In this document: positions 10,848 through 22,086 of the stretch, piece after piece
Position numbering within the stretch: the stretch's first letter is position 1
Layout of the letters: each line of letters opens with the position of its first letter
Program-made: the position numbers and the translations under genes
Notes under the pieces: generated by a model
Told to the model about the DNA's origin: nothing
Seen by the model: only the letters and a program-made list of their open reading frames with translations
The model's database searches: none
Source of the DNA: Epithemia pelagica
Taxonomy: Eukaryota; Protista; Bacillariophyta
Direction of reading: 5' to 3'
DNA: 64,000 nucleotides
Assembly: GCA_946965045.2 (NCBI GenBank)
Contig: OX337239.1
Span: forward strand, 868,001-932,000

Positions 10848-11450
10848 TTATTTGGACGACGTCTTTTTGGTGGTGGTCGACGATTTCTTGCTGCTGCTGC
10901 TGCTCGTCGTCGTGGGAGCATAGCCATAGGAGGACAATTCGGCCGTCAAACTGGCAATTTGTTCGGCTTGGGTTTCGAGTTTAACACCTTCTTGTTCCAA
11001 TCGATTGTTGGTTTGTTGCGCTTGAAGATTCATGGCCGCCGTGGCCGCCGATCGACCTTCGCCGCCCACGGGACGATCTTCGTAGGCCCCTGCGGCCATC
11101 GTCGTGGTGGTGTCGAATGATGAGAGGGCGGCTGCGGTACACAACAGCACCTGTCGTCGACGACGACTCGACAGGGACGAATCCTGGTCGTCGTCGTCAT
11201 TGTCGTTCGAGAGGATTGCTTCCTGGTCATGATGAGAATGATGATGATGGTGGAGAGTCGTCATGGTGGCGAATGGGTGGACTTGTTGTTGGGACCGTAA
11301 TGGGAACGACTTCGGAAATGAAAAGGCCCTCGTCGGGTTCCTCCTCAAAAGTACCGTCCCACAAAAGATCGCAAGCCACAAGGAGCAGAATCCATGACGG
11401 ATTGGACCCCGTACAACGCGGCGATCTCCCGGTCGTGCCGTATGGATCAT
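10848..11450 (-). CDS. Small uncharacterised protein, probably plastid/thylakoid-lumen targeted
   Basis: ATG at 11450. Hydrophobic signal ending ..TRA-F (ASAF-like), then a transit-like region, a twin-Arg plus hydrophobic stretch (SRRRRQVLLCTAAALSS..MAA), then a compact mature region YEDRPVGGEGRSAATAAMNLQAQQTNNRLE..ELSSYGY. Confidence 0.7.
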   Translation of the reverse strand: MIHTARPGDRRVVRGPIRHGFCSLWLAIFCGTVLLRRNPTRAFSFPKSFPLRSQQQVHPFATMTTLHHHHHSHHDQEAILSNDNDDDDQDSSLSSRRRRQVLLCTAAALSSFDTTTTMAAGAYEDRPVGGEGRSAATAAMNLQAQQTNNRLEQEGVKLETQAEQIASLTAELSSYGYAPTTTSSSSSKKSSTTTKKTSSK

Positions 11451-11937
11451 GGTCTACACAATAGAACGGCTTTGTGTTTTCGTTGGTTCGTTTCCGTCCT
11501 TGAATGGAACTGGCCGTTTGTTGTGTTCCAAACCAACCGATTTGATATTTGCACGCTCGTAGTACCCTGGTAATGTTTTCCTTTTGGACGACGACAACGA
11601 GAGAATCGTTGGATATCTTTCCACTGACGCACACTTGACACCAAACGATCTTTTGCGGTGCGTTAGATAGCGCGCCGGCTATTCCGAACTCAGTGTCCAG
11701 TCGCTCGATGAAAGATATGAAAATTCCAGGTACTGCGAGCATGCCTCTAAGCGAATGCGAATGAGGAAATTTCCTGTCCATGTCCAGGAGCGAGCCATCG
11801 ATATGTTTGGTCTTGTTCATTCTATGTCGAGGAAATGCTTTGTGGGAATCAATGTCGTGAACACACGACCAACTCGTCCACCCATTCCTTTGTCATCGTC
11901 CACCACAGGAACGACCGTCTTGTGACGACAAAGAACC

Positions 11938-13137
11938 ATGGAAACTGCCGAACCTAGTAGTTGCAGCGAGGAGCCTTCCTCCAGAGATGATGGACCGCAA
12001 ATGACAGGGCCAGTAGTAGCCACAAGACAAGAGATTCCTGCGTCATTGTCCAGGGACCATGCCGCCCAGAACGACCCCAATCATGCGACGACGACAACGA
12101 CCAGTGGTCCTTCTCGGAATCCAATGTCTTGTTCCTCGTACCAACCGCCAACATCCCTCCTTTCTTCTCCTTCAGCGAATACGAGTCCACCAGCACCACC
12201 CAATTCTCTTGTTCCTCCACCACCACCACAAGAACCAAAGTCACCAGCTGTCGTGGTCGAAACCGTACCCAGCCAGGACAGTGACGACAATGACAATGAA
12301 ACCACGACCTCGCTGCCCACACCCGCACCGGCACCCGTGCAATGGATTTTGGCCTGTGCTCCGCATACGCAAACCCAAGCCTTGTCCTGTGGCTTGTCCT
12401 TGGTGTGTCTCTTGCTCGTTGTGGCCGCCCTGGTTTCCATTTGTGCCGTGCAACAATACAAATTCTTGCTGGCCTTGGTGTGGATGTGGATCGCCACCCT
12501 CTTTGTCGCCCTCGTGTGGTTTGCTCAGGTCCAAAATCATCAACGACGACGACGACAACGTGGTGGTACCGAACGACTGTTGTTTCCTCACAATCCCTGG
12601 ATCCAGGCGGCCGCCGACCTGATTTCCCAAGAAGTCGAATGGTTTCAAGAGGATTGGCGAACGCATGTGCTGCTCCTCACCTACGATCCCAACTATACTA
12701 GTACCGAACCAACACAAGATTCCGAACTGCCCGCCCACGACCATCCCTACCACCTCAACGAAGAGGAGGACGAAACGAAGGAATCCACGGACAAGTCCAC
12801 TCGAACCAAGTCGTCGTCGTCTCGATGGAAGTGGTCGTCGTCGCGTCGCAAGGGTGGCACCAACCCGGACGACGACAAGAGAACCAAGACTGCTTCTTCC
12901 CAGTCTCCAGAACAACCACAACCACAACAACCGTCATATCCTCTCGATGGACTGCCGCCGCCGCCCAAGAGTCGCGTCTTTCGAACCTTGGTACAACCCT
13001 TTTTGCCGCGTTGGTCCCGAAAACGACGCCGAAAGCAACAGCAACCACAACCATCATCCACCCACAACGACCCAAAGGGCTCCACCGCCGCCGTCTCGTC
13101 GTCGACGACGACCGTGATGGAGGGTGCCATGGTTTAA
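11938..13137 (+). CDS. Uncharacterised membrane protein with a two-helix hydrophobic hairpin
   Basis: 399-codon ATG-initiated ORF. Two adjacent hydrophobic segments (LSCGLSLVCLLLVVAALVSICAV; FLLALVWMWIATLFVALVWF) flanked by disordered Pro/Ser-rich regions. Confidence 0.75.
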   Translation: METAEPSSCSEEPSSRDDGPQMTGPVVATRQEIPASLSRDHAAQNDPNHATTTTTSGPSRNPMSCSSYQPPTSLLSSPSANTSPPAPPNSLVPPPPPQEPKSPAVVVETVPSQDSDDNDNETTTSLPTPAPAPVQWILACAPHTQTQALSCGLSLVCLLLVVAALVSICAVQQYKFLLALVWMWIATLFVALVWFAQVQNHQRRRRQRGGTERLLFPHNPWIQAAADLISQEVEWFQEDWRTHVLLLTYDPNYTSTEPTQDSELPAHDHPYHLNEEEDETKESTDKSTRTKSSSSRWKWSSSRRKGGTNPDDDKRTKTASSQSPEQPQPQQPSYPLDGLPPPPKSRVFRTLVQPFLPRWSRKRRRKQQQPQPSSTHNDPKGSTAAVSSSTTTVMEGAMV

Positions 13138-13246
13138 GGAATCCTACTACGATACTCTCGCGCAACTCGAAACCTCGACTAGCTGGCTACCGACACACAC
13201 AAGAGTCCGATTTGTTGGAACAGCTCTGCAAAAGAGCTTTATACAT

Positions 13247-13735
13247 CATGTGGTGTTGGTTTGCTTCGTTCTTTCATGGGTTTGCTTCGTTCGGTCGAGC
13301 CCATTTCATAACAGTCATCGTTTTGGTTGATTGTCTCTCAAAGCAGGTTTTACATGTGGTGTTTGTTTGTTTCGTCCTTTCTTTCATGGAATCGCTCTTG
13401 CAAAAAAGCCCTTGAGTACCGTTTTTCATTGGTTTTCCATGGCCACTGTTGCTCCCCCTTTTGCCGTAACACGAGAGCTGCTGGTGGGAATGTCTCTGGT
13501 TTGTCCATGAGCTTTCATGTGGCGGTTCCAACGGTCCTTGGCCAGTCGGAGCTGCACACGCACGGTGGTTCGGAAACAAGAAGATTCTATATGGTGTTTG
13601 TTTAGTATTTCGTTCGTTTATGAGCTGTTACTTTTGTTTCGGGCCAGTTTCGTTATAGTTATCTTTTGGGTTGGTTGTTTCTAAAAGAAGGTTTTACATG
13701 TGGTGTTTTGTTTGTGTCGTTCTTTCGTGATTTGT
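13247..13735. repeat. Degenerate ~140-bp direct repeats (13247-13390 and 13589-13735) enclosing a copied gene fragment
   Basis: Shared blocks, e.g. cgagcccatttcataacagtcatcgttttggttgattgtctctcaaagcaggttttacatgtggtgttt vs cgggccagtttcgttatagttatcttttgggttggttgtttctaaaagaaggttttacatgtggtgttt. The motif (c/t)at(gt)ggtgttt..tcgt occurs at about 13247, 13353, 13589 and 13697. Confidence 0.75.
13385..13568 (-). pseudogene. Duplicated internal fragment of the 13787-16102 gene (source 14560-14742)
   Basis: Direct alignment by eye: the last ~96 nt differ at about 8 positions. It translates as TVRVQLRLAKDRWNRHMKAHGQTRDIPTSSS vs TLRVQLPLAKDLWNLQIKAHGQTRDVPTSSS. It carries compensating -1/+1 indels and has an in-frame stop just upstream with no ATG before the homologous part. 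Confidence 0.85.
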
Positions 13736-13786
13736 TTCTTTCGTTTCGGGTCTCAATTTCGTAAGAGTTTTGGTTTGTCGTTGTGT

Positions 13787-16081
13787 CTAGAGAACCGATA
13801 CTGCTGCTCTTTCTAGTTTGGGCCGCGTCTGGTTGCCCAAGGGGGACATGGATGGTTGCATCCATCGAATCAAATCGCCCGTGTCGCGTCGAGTCGTTTG
13901 TGTGGGATCGGTCAAGCCCAAGTGTTTATGGGTAATGAGAAGGACCAATTTTTTATTCAACAACCCCGTGTCTCGGATACCGTACGTTGTCTCCCACCAT
14001 TGGTGCAAGGCATTGAGCTGTTCCACTTGACGGTCCGTCGGCTTCCAGATCCAATGCCAGGCCGGATCCAAATGAAAATCGCAAAACCAATCCCTTCCTG
14101 GATTCGAGGTTCCTCGAACTGGCTCCATGTTGTATAAACAGTTGAACCGATCCAGGAGAAGACCCCATCGTACCAGTTGCACCAAGCGACGACGTCCAAA
14201 GTTATCATTCGAGGCCAAGGCATGGGCAAATTCGTCACTCAAGCCAAAGTCATCACGCCACTTGACCACAATGTCGTACACCAACCTTAAGACAACTTGA
14301 CGATTGCTATCCATTTTCATGGCCTTGACATTGCTGTCGTCTACACTGCGTAGAACATACAGAGCCCGTGCCCATTCTTCTTCGACACATCCGAGTTTTC
14401 CCTCCACATCCATCTCCTCCTTCATCTTTTGACGATACCGTTCTTGAACCGTGGGATCCTCCGTATTTGCAAAGCACGCCTGCTCCCAACCAGCGCGATT
14501 CGTGTCAAAAAGCCGTAAATCGCCAGCCAATTGGCTTAGTGCTGTTTGACACTTGGGAGCATGGAATCGGTCTTGCAAAAAGTCCTGGATGACCGCTTTG
14601 CATCGGTTCTCCATGGCCACTGTTGCTTCCCTTTCTGCAGTTACAAGAGAGCTGCTGGTGGGAACGTCTCTTGTTTGTCCATGAGCTTTAATTTGGAGGT
14701 TCCAAAGGTCCTTGGCCAGTGGGAGCTGCACACGCAAGGTGGACTCCAAGCGTTCCTTGAGATAAGTATCATTGTCGGTAATGTCTTCCAACCATACATC
14801 GGGAAAGTCACTTTCGCCAAACCGTTGAATTCGATTCGGATTAGGAGATTTTGCAGGGGTTGCGTCCGAATCTGTCGCGGTACTACTCGTGGTCGAGTCC
14901 TGTGGTTCCACACCCGTCTTGCGGCGTTTCTTTTTATTCCTTTTGTTTGTGTTGTGTTTAGTTTGTGTATTCTCGGCGTCGTCCATTGGATCGTCGCCTT
15001 GTTGTCCCGGTAGCAAATGAGCTGCATCCAAGGCACTACAAGGCAAGGCTGTCCAGAATTTGAACTTGCGAGCCTTTTCCTTAATTTCCGGCACATATTG
15101 TCGAAGATTCATCTTTTCCAACTTGCGGGCTTGCGTAGAAGTACTCGTTCCTTTCGTTTGAGTGGTCTTGCCCTTGGTTTGATTGGGCGTAGGAATGCAG
15201 CAATCGGTGATTTTCAGCATGTTATCGACCAAGACTTGTTGGACAATTTTCAGCATCTCTTCATTCTGAACAACTGTATAGCCGGACGGTCCCATCACAA
15301 AGTGATAGTGGGAGGTATCTGCTTGGATATGCTTGCCCTGTTTGAGTTTGCCCGCAAAATACTCGTGCCTCTTTTTGGTGGGGAATATGGAACGTAGGTC
15401 GGCAGCCACGGGTGGTGGTGCTGATGTAGGAATGGTGGTACGTCGCACGTGGTGTGGCGAAAGACCTCGCCGGTGCGCGGGGTGCAGCTCACCATGGTAC
15501 GGCGGTACTTGTCCACGAGTACAGTTCAGTGCGTGTCCTTGGTTGGCGGCTACCAAGACAGAGTGTTCGAGAGGCGATAATTGTTCCTGAGGATGATTAT
15601 ACGTAGAAGGCGCCTGTTTTTGTCCAGCAGTCCCAAGGGAGTGAAATTGTTCTGAGGAATCCACTGGATAAAAATGTAAAAAGTCTTGCTGTCTAATAGA
15701 CTCCATTTCTTCGGCCTTGGAGAAGGTCACATCCTGCCGCTGCTGCTGCTGCTGATTATGATGAATAGAGGGCGGCTGTTCTTGTCCAGGAGTCCTCGTT
15801 AAGAGTACCTGTTCTGAGGCGTCTCCTTGGAAGGGCAATGATTGCTCAAGGTCTTGTTGTTCAATAGACTCCATTTTTTCGTCCTCGCGAAAAGCCCCAT
15901 CCTCCTCCTCCTGCTTCTGCTTCTGTTGTTCTTCCATGGAAAGGCCCTTCCTGTATGCCCGTTCGGCCGCCTTCAAAGATTCTGAATCTCGAGGGTTGCC
16001 GTTATCGTTCAACCAGTCTCCATCCACAATCAACATGTCCGCAATGGAGTCAAACTCATGTCCATACGGAATGCTATTCAT
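13787..16081 (-). CDS. Uncharacterised ~760-aa protein with an N-terminal internal repeat and a Trp-rich C-terminal domain
   Basis: Uninterrupted 771-codon ORF (13787-16102). Start is uncertain; an in-frame ATG at 16081 gives MNSIPYGHEF. No family recognised. Confidence 0.75.
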   Translation of the reverse strand: MNSIPYGHEFDSIADMLIVDGDWLNDNGNPRDSESLKAAERAYRKGLSMEEQQKQKQEEEDGAFREDEKMESIEQQDLEQSLPFQGDASEQVLLTRTPGQEQPPSIHHNQQQQQRQDVTFSKAEEMESIRQQDFLHFYPVDSSEQFHSLGTAGQKQAPSTYNHPQEQLSPLEHSVLVAANQGHALNCTRGQVPPYHGELHPAHRRGLSPHHVRRTTIPTSAPPPVAADLRSIFPTKKRHEYFAGKLKQGKHIQADTSHYHFVMGPSGYTVVQNEEMLKIVQQVLVDNMLKITDCCIPTPNQTKGKTTQTKGTSTSTQARKLEKMNLRQYVPEIKEKARKFKFWTALPCSALDAAHLLPGQQGDDPMDDAENTQTKHNTNKRNKKKRRKTGVEPQDSTTSSTATDSDATPAKSPNPNRIQRFGESDFPDVWLEDITDNDTYLKERLESTLRVQLPLAKDLWNLQIKAHGQTRDVPTSSSLVTAEREATVAMENRCKAVIQDFLQDRFHAPKCQTALSQLAGDLRLFDTNRAGWEQACFANTEDPTVQERYRQKMKEEMDVEGKLGCVEEEWARALYVLRSVDDSNVKAMKMDSNRQVVLRLVYDIVVKWRDDFGLSDEFAHALASNDNFGRRRLVQLVRWGLLLDRFNCLYNMEPVRGTSNPGRDWFCDFHLDPAWHWIWKPTDRQVEQLNALHQWWETTYGIRDTGLLNKKLVLLITHKHLGLTDPTQTTRRDTGDLIRWMQPSMSPLGNQTRPKLERAAVSVL

Positions 16082-16949
16082 TGACCCGTTGTCCTGAATC
16101 ATCTTGTTCTTGCTGTTTTTGTTTTGGCAAGTCCTTCACGTGAATGTTTTTTATATTCGTTTCTGGAAGCAGGAACGAAACAAGATCCAGGATAATATGA
16201 GACACAAAACTGTCGAATGAGGAGACACCGCACAAGACAAGCAACGGATTCTTTCTCGGGCGCAAAACAATTTCGTTCATTCGTACCTGTGTTTTTGATG
16301 TTCCGATGTAGAGTCACGGTCTGTTTTCTCGGTTGTTTGTTTTCTCGGTTGTTTGTTTCTGAGGAATAATCGGAGAGAGAAAAAGAACGAGAGATCCTTA
16401 GAGTATGAGTGAACAGGAAGGACACCCACTGTCTGTGAACGACTCTGTCTCTCCTACACGGATTGCGTTCGTACCTGTTTCCAATTCAATTGGGATGTCA
16501 ATACACTCGTTGTTGTTTTGACTTTTGACGTCCACTGTTTTATGGATCCATCAAGTTGTGTTGCATTGATGGCTTCGCCTCTCGCGCTTTGTTTATTGTA
16601 TGGTGGGTGTCGGTGGATGAACAACCACGAATCATGTTGTCATCCCCCGCTCCCGCCAACAGACCAAATCCTATGCAACTTGTGCGTCTCCAGTAGCGCT
16701 GGTACAATCTCTACGGCGTCCGGGACGTCGCGACTTTTGGTTTTTCGCCGGATTGGTACAAGTTCTACGCAAGTTCTACAGAAACTACCTTGCGACTGGA
16801 AACGAGACCCGCGTCTGTGGAGGAGACAGACAGACAGAGACATATCAACAGACATTTTTTGACAGACGCATTTCAGTGTCAGTTGGAAGTCAAACGACAA
16901 CACAGGATTCGTGGACGAAGAACCAAATCGAAAAAACGTCTTTTGCACC

Positions 16950-18437
16950 ATGAGCAGGAACAACCATACTTCGACTCCATCCATGACGTCGTCTTCCTTG
17001 TTTTCGTCCGACAACAAAGGAGAAGGAGGAGGAGAAGATTGGACAGCGGTCCAAGCGTTGAGTTTGGGTGATTCCCTCTATGTCGAAGAATCCTATGACG
17101 AAGCCATTACGGCCTTTACAGCGGCCCACGCCATGATGGTGGAAACAACAAAGAAGGATCCAACCACAACGGTCTTGCACTTTCGCATCTTGTCGCATCG
17201 ATCGGCAGCCTTTTATCAATTGCAACGATATTCCGAAGCGCTGGATGATGCCACACAGGCCAATGCTCTCCTTTCTGCTGCTACCACTTCTTCTTTGGCG
17301 TTGGAGGGATTGCGACCCGGAGAAACCGAATGGGCCTTGCGAAGGCAAGGCATGGCAGCCTATCATATGGAGGGGGACAAGAACAAGAAGATTGCATTGG
17401 AGGCCTTTGAGGCGGCACGGCAATTGGCCCAATTGAATCAACGACCATCTTTGGAATTCTATGCCGAGTGGATTGCCAAATGTACCAAACCTCCCTCAAC
17501 GACTAATACGGCTAGTTCAAGTACAACCAAGACGACTACGAAAACGTCTGGTAATGCTGCGCCGTCATCATCCTCTCCCCGGACGGCTCCTCCTCCTGCA
17601 GCCACATCTACCAGCACAACAGCTCGCCGCAGTGGTGTGCCCAAATATCAATATTATCAATCGGATCAAATCATGACCATTGCCATTTTGGAACCCAGTC
17701 TTACGGCCGATCAAGTCTCGGTCGACTTTGGCTCGCAGCATTTGACAGTCGTGCTTCACAACTTGGCTGGTGAGCCGCAAGATTCTACCACCGTGATTGC
17801 CGGAACCCTCTATGCGTCCATTACACCCGACTTGTGCAAAGTCAAGATCCGTCCCGAAAAGGTCTTGCTCAAATTGCGCAAAACCAAAGCCATGGAATGG
17901 CCAGAATTGTTGACCACCACCACCATCAAGACAATGGATACCTCCAAACCGACAGCAAGCAGTAGCAGTGCGAGTAGTACGAACCAAGCCACACCCAAGA
18001 CTCCCCCCAATCCATCCCCCGAACCATCCGTAGCCACGAAGCCTGCCGCAACTCCCACACTGGATGCAAGCAGCTCCGCCACAGACAATGCTACAACACC
18101 AGCTCCTGTTCCCAAGCAGCCAGCCGTCGCTCGTCCCTACGCCAGTCACAAGGATTGGGATCAAATTGAACGAGACTTGGCGGAACAAGAAGCAGCCGAA
18201 AAACCACAAGGTGATGAAGCCATGAATCAATTGTTTCAACAAATTTATGCCAATGCCGATCCCGATACACGTCGTGCCATGATCAAATCCTATCAAACCT
18301 CGGGTGGAACGGTCTTGTCGACCAATTGGCAAGAAGTGGCCGCCAAAGATTACGAAAAGGAACGGACCGCACCCAAGGGGATGGAATGGAAAACCTGGGA
18401 AGGAGATAAATTGCCCATGAAAAAGGATGAGGATTGA
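16950..18437 (+). CDS. SGT1: SGT1 co-chaperone (TPR-CS-SGS)
   Basis: N-terminal TPRs; CS domain KYQYYQSD..IRPEKVLLKLRK; SGS domain RPYASHKDWDQIE..GDEAMNQLFQQIYANADPDTRRAMIKSYQTSGGTVLSTNW. ATG at 16950. Confidence 0.96.
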   Translation: MSRNNHTSTPSMTSSSLFSSDNKGEGGGEDWTAVQALSLGDSLYVEESYDEAITAFTAAHAMMVETTKKDPTTTVLHFRILSHRSAAFYQLQRYSEALDDATQANALLSAATTSSLALEGLRPGETEWALRRQGMAAYHMEGDKNKKIALEAFEAARQLAQLNQRPSLEFYAEWIAKCTKPPSTTNTASSSTTKTTTKTSGNAAPSSSSPRTAPPPAATSTSTTARRSGVPKYQYYQSDQIMTIAILEPSLTADQVSVDFGSQHLTVVLHNLAGEPQDSTTVIAGTLYASITPDLCKVKIRPEKVLLKLRKTKAMEWPELLTTTTIKTMDTSKPTASSSSASSTNQATPKTPPNPSPEPSVATKPAATPTLDASSSATDNATTPAPVPKQPAVARPYASHKDWDQIERDLAEQEAAEKPQGDEAMNQLFQQIYANADPDTRRAMIKSYQTSGGTVLSTNWQEVAAKDYEKERTAPKGMEWKTWEGDKLPMKKDED

Positions 18438-18798
18438 GAACATCATGTCGGAGGGAAGGACGAATCGAAACCATTACAGACCACAGTATCGCGAAAACGA
18501 GGCACACACAGAGATTTGGAATGAAACATTACAATGGGTTGTCAGCAACGGCAAAGGAGTCAGCTATCCATAAAGACAAACAAAAGACGCCATTGTATCA
18601 CTAGTTTTAGAATCGTAGTGACAGTCCTAGCAGAACTTTCTTCAGAACAAGACACCAGTACATGCAATGCAATAAAATTGTGCAATAATATTGTGTAGCA
18701 GTCCAAAAAATCGTTCTAGAATAGTCGTATCGGGGGAGTAGCAGTAGTCTCCGGGCCACCACTCGTGGCAACCCCCAAACCCTTTATGTTAACCAAGT

Positions 18799-21419
18799 TT
18801 ATTCCATGACATCGTCGCTGTCCTCCTCATTGGTAGCCTCACCAGCAGTACCACCATTGTTCTTATTACGATTGTCATTATCATCGTCGTCCGGTGATTC
18901 CTCCTCACCTTCTCCCAAGACATGATTTTCATCAATGGGTGCAAAGGAGGACGAGGATTGACGGTGCTGTTGTTGTTGACCCGAAAACAGATGCATCGAG
19001 CCATCTCCACTACTGGTAGCAATATTTCCAGCAGTGAAAAACAAGGGCATGGCACTACTACTTCCCATGTTTGTTCCAAAATCAAATGGATTCGACTTGG
19101 CCGCCGTTGTCCAAGAGGAACCAAAAATACCACTTCCCGTCGTGAGTTTGGTATTGTTATTCGGGTGGCTCAAGGACTGCGATTCCATCTCATCGGCGGA
19201 TGCCGCAGCGGCGGCGGCCGCGGTGGCTGGTAGATTGAGTGTGGTCAAATCAACCGACGATCGTCGTGACTTGTCAAAGACATAGTCACCACCATTCCCA
19301 ATCCCACTCATGCCGACGTCCAACAATCCACCACTGGAGGTTTCCGCACCACTACAACGACTGTTGCTGTGACCCACACTGGCCGTGGGTGCATCTTCGA
19401 CCGTATCATCCTCGTCATCATCATTATCTTCTTCAATCGGATCTTCGGCATCGGAACTGGTATCATCAAAGTCACGCCATTGTTCTTCTTGTTCGGCATC
19501 GTCTGGTTCTTGGTCATTGTGAATGGCATAGGACGACGACGAATGATGCATGTTGTTGTGGTTGCTACTGTCTTCCTTGACCAATCCCAATCGAATTCGT
19601 TTTTGAATTTCTGGTTCCGAGACATGGGCCAAACTCACCGAATCTCGTCGATGTACATATTGATTCTTATAGGCCGGAGATCGGTTAATGACTTGCAACT
19701 TGTCATTGTCCACCAAGATACAACCGGCCATGGCATGACTGCCTTGGTTGTGATCTTGACTGGTGGAAAAGACGGTAAAGACCCGGGCCCCCTTACTGAC
19801 CGCTACACCTTCGGCATGAGCCTCGTGAGCACGCATAATATAGGAACAATCCACTTGTTCCAAAAATTGCGTCACCGCCTTGTGTCCAAAACAAATGGCA
19901 CCACCCCCTCGTAGAGATTCACCATATCCGGTAACTGGATCAACAGTAGTCAATTCCTGTTCCTCCGACGCTGGATCACTCCATATACAGTCCGAAGCGA
20001 CTTGTTGATATTTTTCATCCTCGTGTTCATAGGGTGGGTTTCTGCAAATAAACACACAAACAAACAAAAGAGAGAGAGAACCAAGACACCAATGGTTCCA
20101 CGCCAAATCACACACACACACACCCAAATCAGCAACGTCTGTATCGTGAGAAACTGCCACCAACCATGCACAAACACACAACACTCGAATGTCACGTACA
20201 TGCCGGCAACTTTGGGAACGGTCAAAATATCTTGAATCCGTGTCGTGGCATGCCGCCGACGAGGGTCGTCGTCGTCTTGGTCTTCTTCATCGCGGCTGCT
20301 GGACGACGACACGGCCATGGCCGTGGTACTCGAATTCGACAAGGACGACGACAGGGGCCGGGGAATGCCTCCATGAACACAAAAAATATCTTGATCAATC
20401 ACGGCGGCCAAGGGCAATCGATCAAAGGCTTGATTGCAAACTTCCCAGACTCGATAGCCAATGTCATCGCCAAAGCGGGCCCGGCATTGATACATGAAAC
20501 TCCGATCGCCATAATGTTCTTCCCATCCATTGACATCCCGCGTTTCGTGATTGCCCCGCAACAAGTAGAGTTTGGTCGGATTTTGCAATTTCAAGGCAAA
20601 CAAATAGGCCAAACATTCCAAACATTGCTTGCCCCGATCGACATAGTCACCCAAAAACAAAAAGTTGCCCGCCGTCAAACTCAAGCCGAGACGCCACAAA
20701 TTGTCACTAAAAAAGTGCAAATCTTCCAAATTGCCATGAATGTCGCCAAAGACATAGGCGGGCGATTGCAAAAAGACGACGCGAGGTTCCGTTTCCAACA
20801 AGTGGCGCACGCGGACGGTAATTTTGTACAAATCCTTGGCAAATTGTTGCGAATTCAAGTAATCCAAATGTTGCGAAGGACGTTGAAACATGTCAATAAT
20901 GCGTTGAATCGGAGGAGGATTTTGCGGAGACAAGGACGCCGGAGTCGACGATCGGTAAGCACCTCGGGCATTGTTCTGGAAGGATGACGATGCAAAGGGG
21001 TTGGAGGACCGATGCGAATCGCCCTGTTGTTGAAGTTCCAATTGATCCAAAGCTTGTCGTGTAGCAATGCTGGCATTGCGTCCCAATCGTTCTCGTTGTG
21101 CCGAAATGATATTGTGATGAGTTCGATCGCCATTGACTTCTTCCCGAACATTCATGGCATGCGGAGACAAGGGAATGTGCCGCCGCTTCTTCTTTTTGGA
21201 TGATCCATTGGTTGCCGATCCAGAAGGATTGGTAGACGCCAAGGCCGCTTCCAATTGCGCCGATAAGGAGTGGACGCGGTCTTGCAACACGTTCACTTGT
21301 TCCTCTTTCCGTTGCAATTCTTGATGAAAGGCCAACGACTGTTCCTCGTTGCCAGTGCCCGTCGTCGTCGTCGTTGTTAGGGGACTACTGCTGCTGCTCG
21401 TACTGGTGCCCGTCGTCAT
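18799..21419 (-). CDS. PPP-family Ser/Thr protein phosphatase, 2 exons (21419-20200, 20041-18799)
   Basis: Motifs GDIHG, GDYVDRG, RGNHE, HGG, WSDP, RAHE. The GT-AG intron 20199-20042 (donor GTACGT, acceptor TTTGCAG) joins in frame as [14 protein letters not shown]-terminal coiled coil and acidic disordered tail. Confidence 0.93.
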
Positions 21420-22086
21420 CCTGGTCCAATCGTCGTTGTCGTTTGCTCCAGTCAACAGTACGGCGTTTCACCCAAACGTTGCGATTGCGTTCTCTCGAGA
21501 ATGGCCTCTGTAGTGGTCGAGGCTACCTGCCGTACTACCTAGTGCCTGAGAATGGGATTCTTGTTGTTTCTGGAGGGTATGTTTCGTTCGCTCGACAAAC
21601 AATAATCTCGACCGACAACTCCACGATCACGCGTGTCTCTCGTCTTTGGAGGATGAGATGGTTTGTTTTATTTGTGGCGTTTGTGTGGTTTGTGGATACA
21701 CACAACTCTTCCTCTCTATTATGATGTTCTACCTACGTTTTTCTGCAGAGGACGAGCCGACGTTTTTCCCACCGGTTCGGTCTTCTCCGATCCTGTTCGT
21801 TGTTCTCTCCTAAAAAAAAGATCCCATGGGGGGGAAGCATGCGTGACGTGCGCGTGCCGGCGTCTTAACTGGCATTGGCATTGGTGGGGGACATTTTTGG
21901 GGAGACAGTTCTGCGACTGCATGACGTCAGACGACAGGGCTTCGCGTCTCTCGTCATGACACGCACACATCATCCTCCCAATCGCCCTGTCTTCTTGTTC
22001 TCCATCATCTTGATTTTCCCTGTTTTTTGTTGATTGCAACATATCTTCTTGTGTGTGTTGGATCCTTTTGTTTACCAACGACCATC

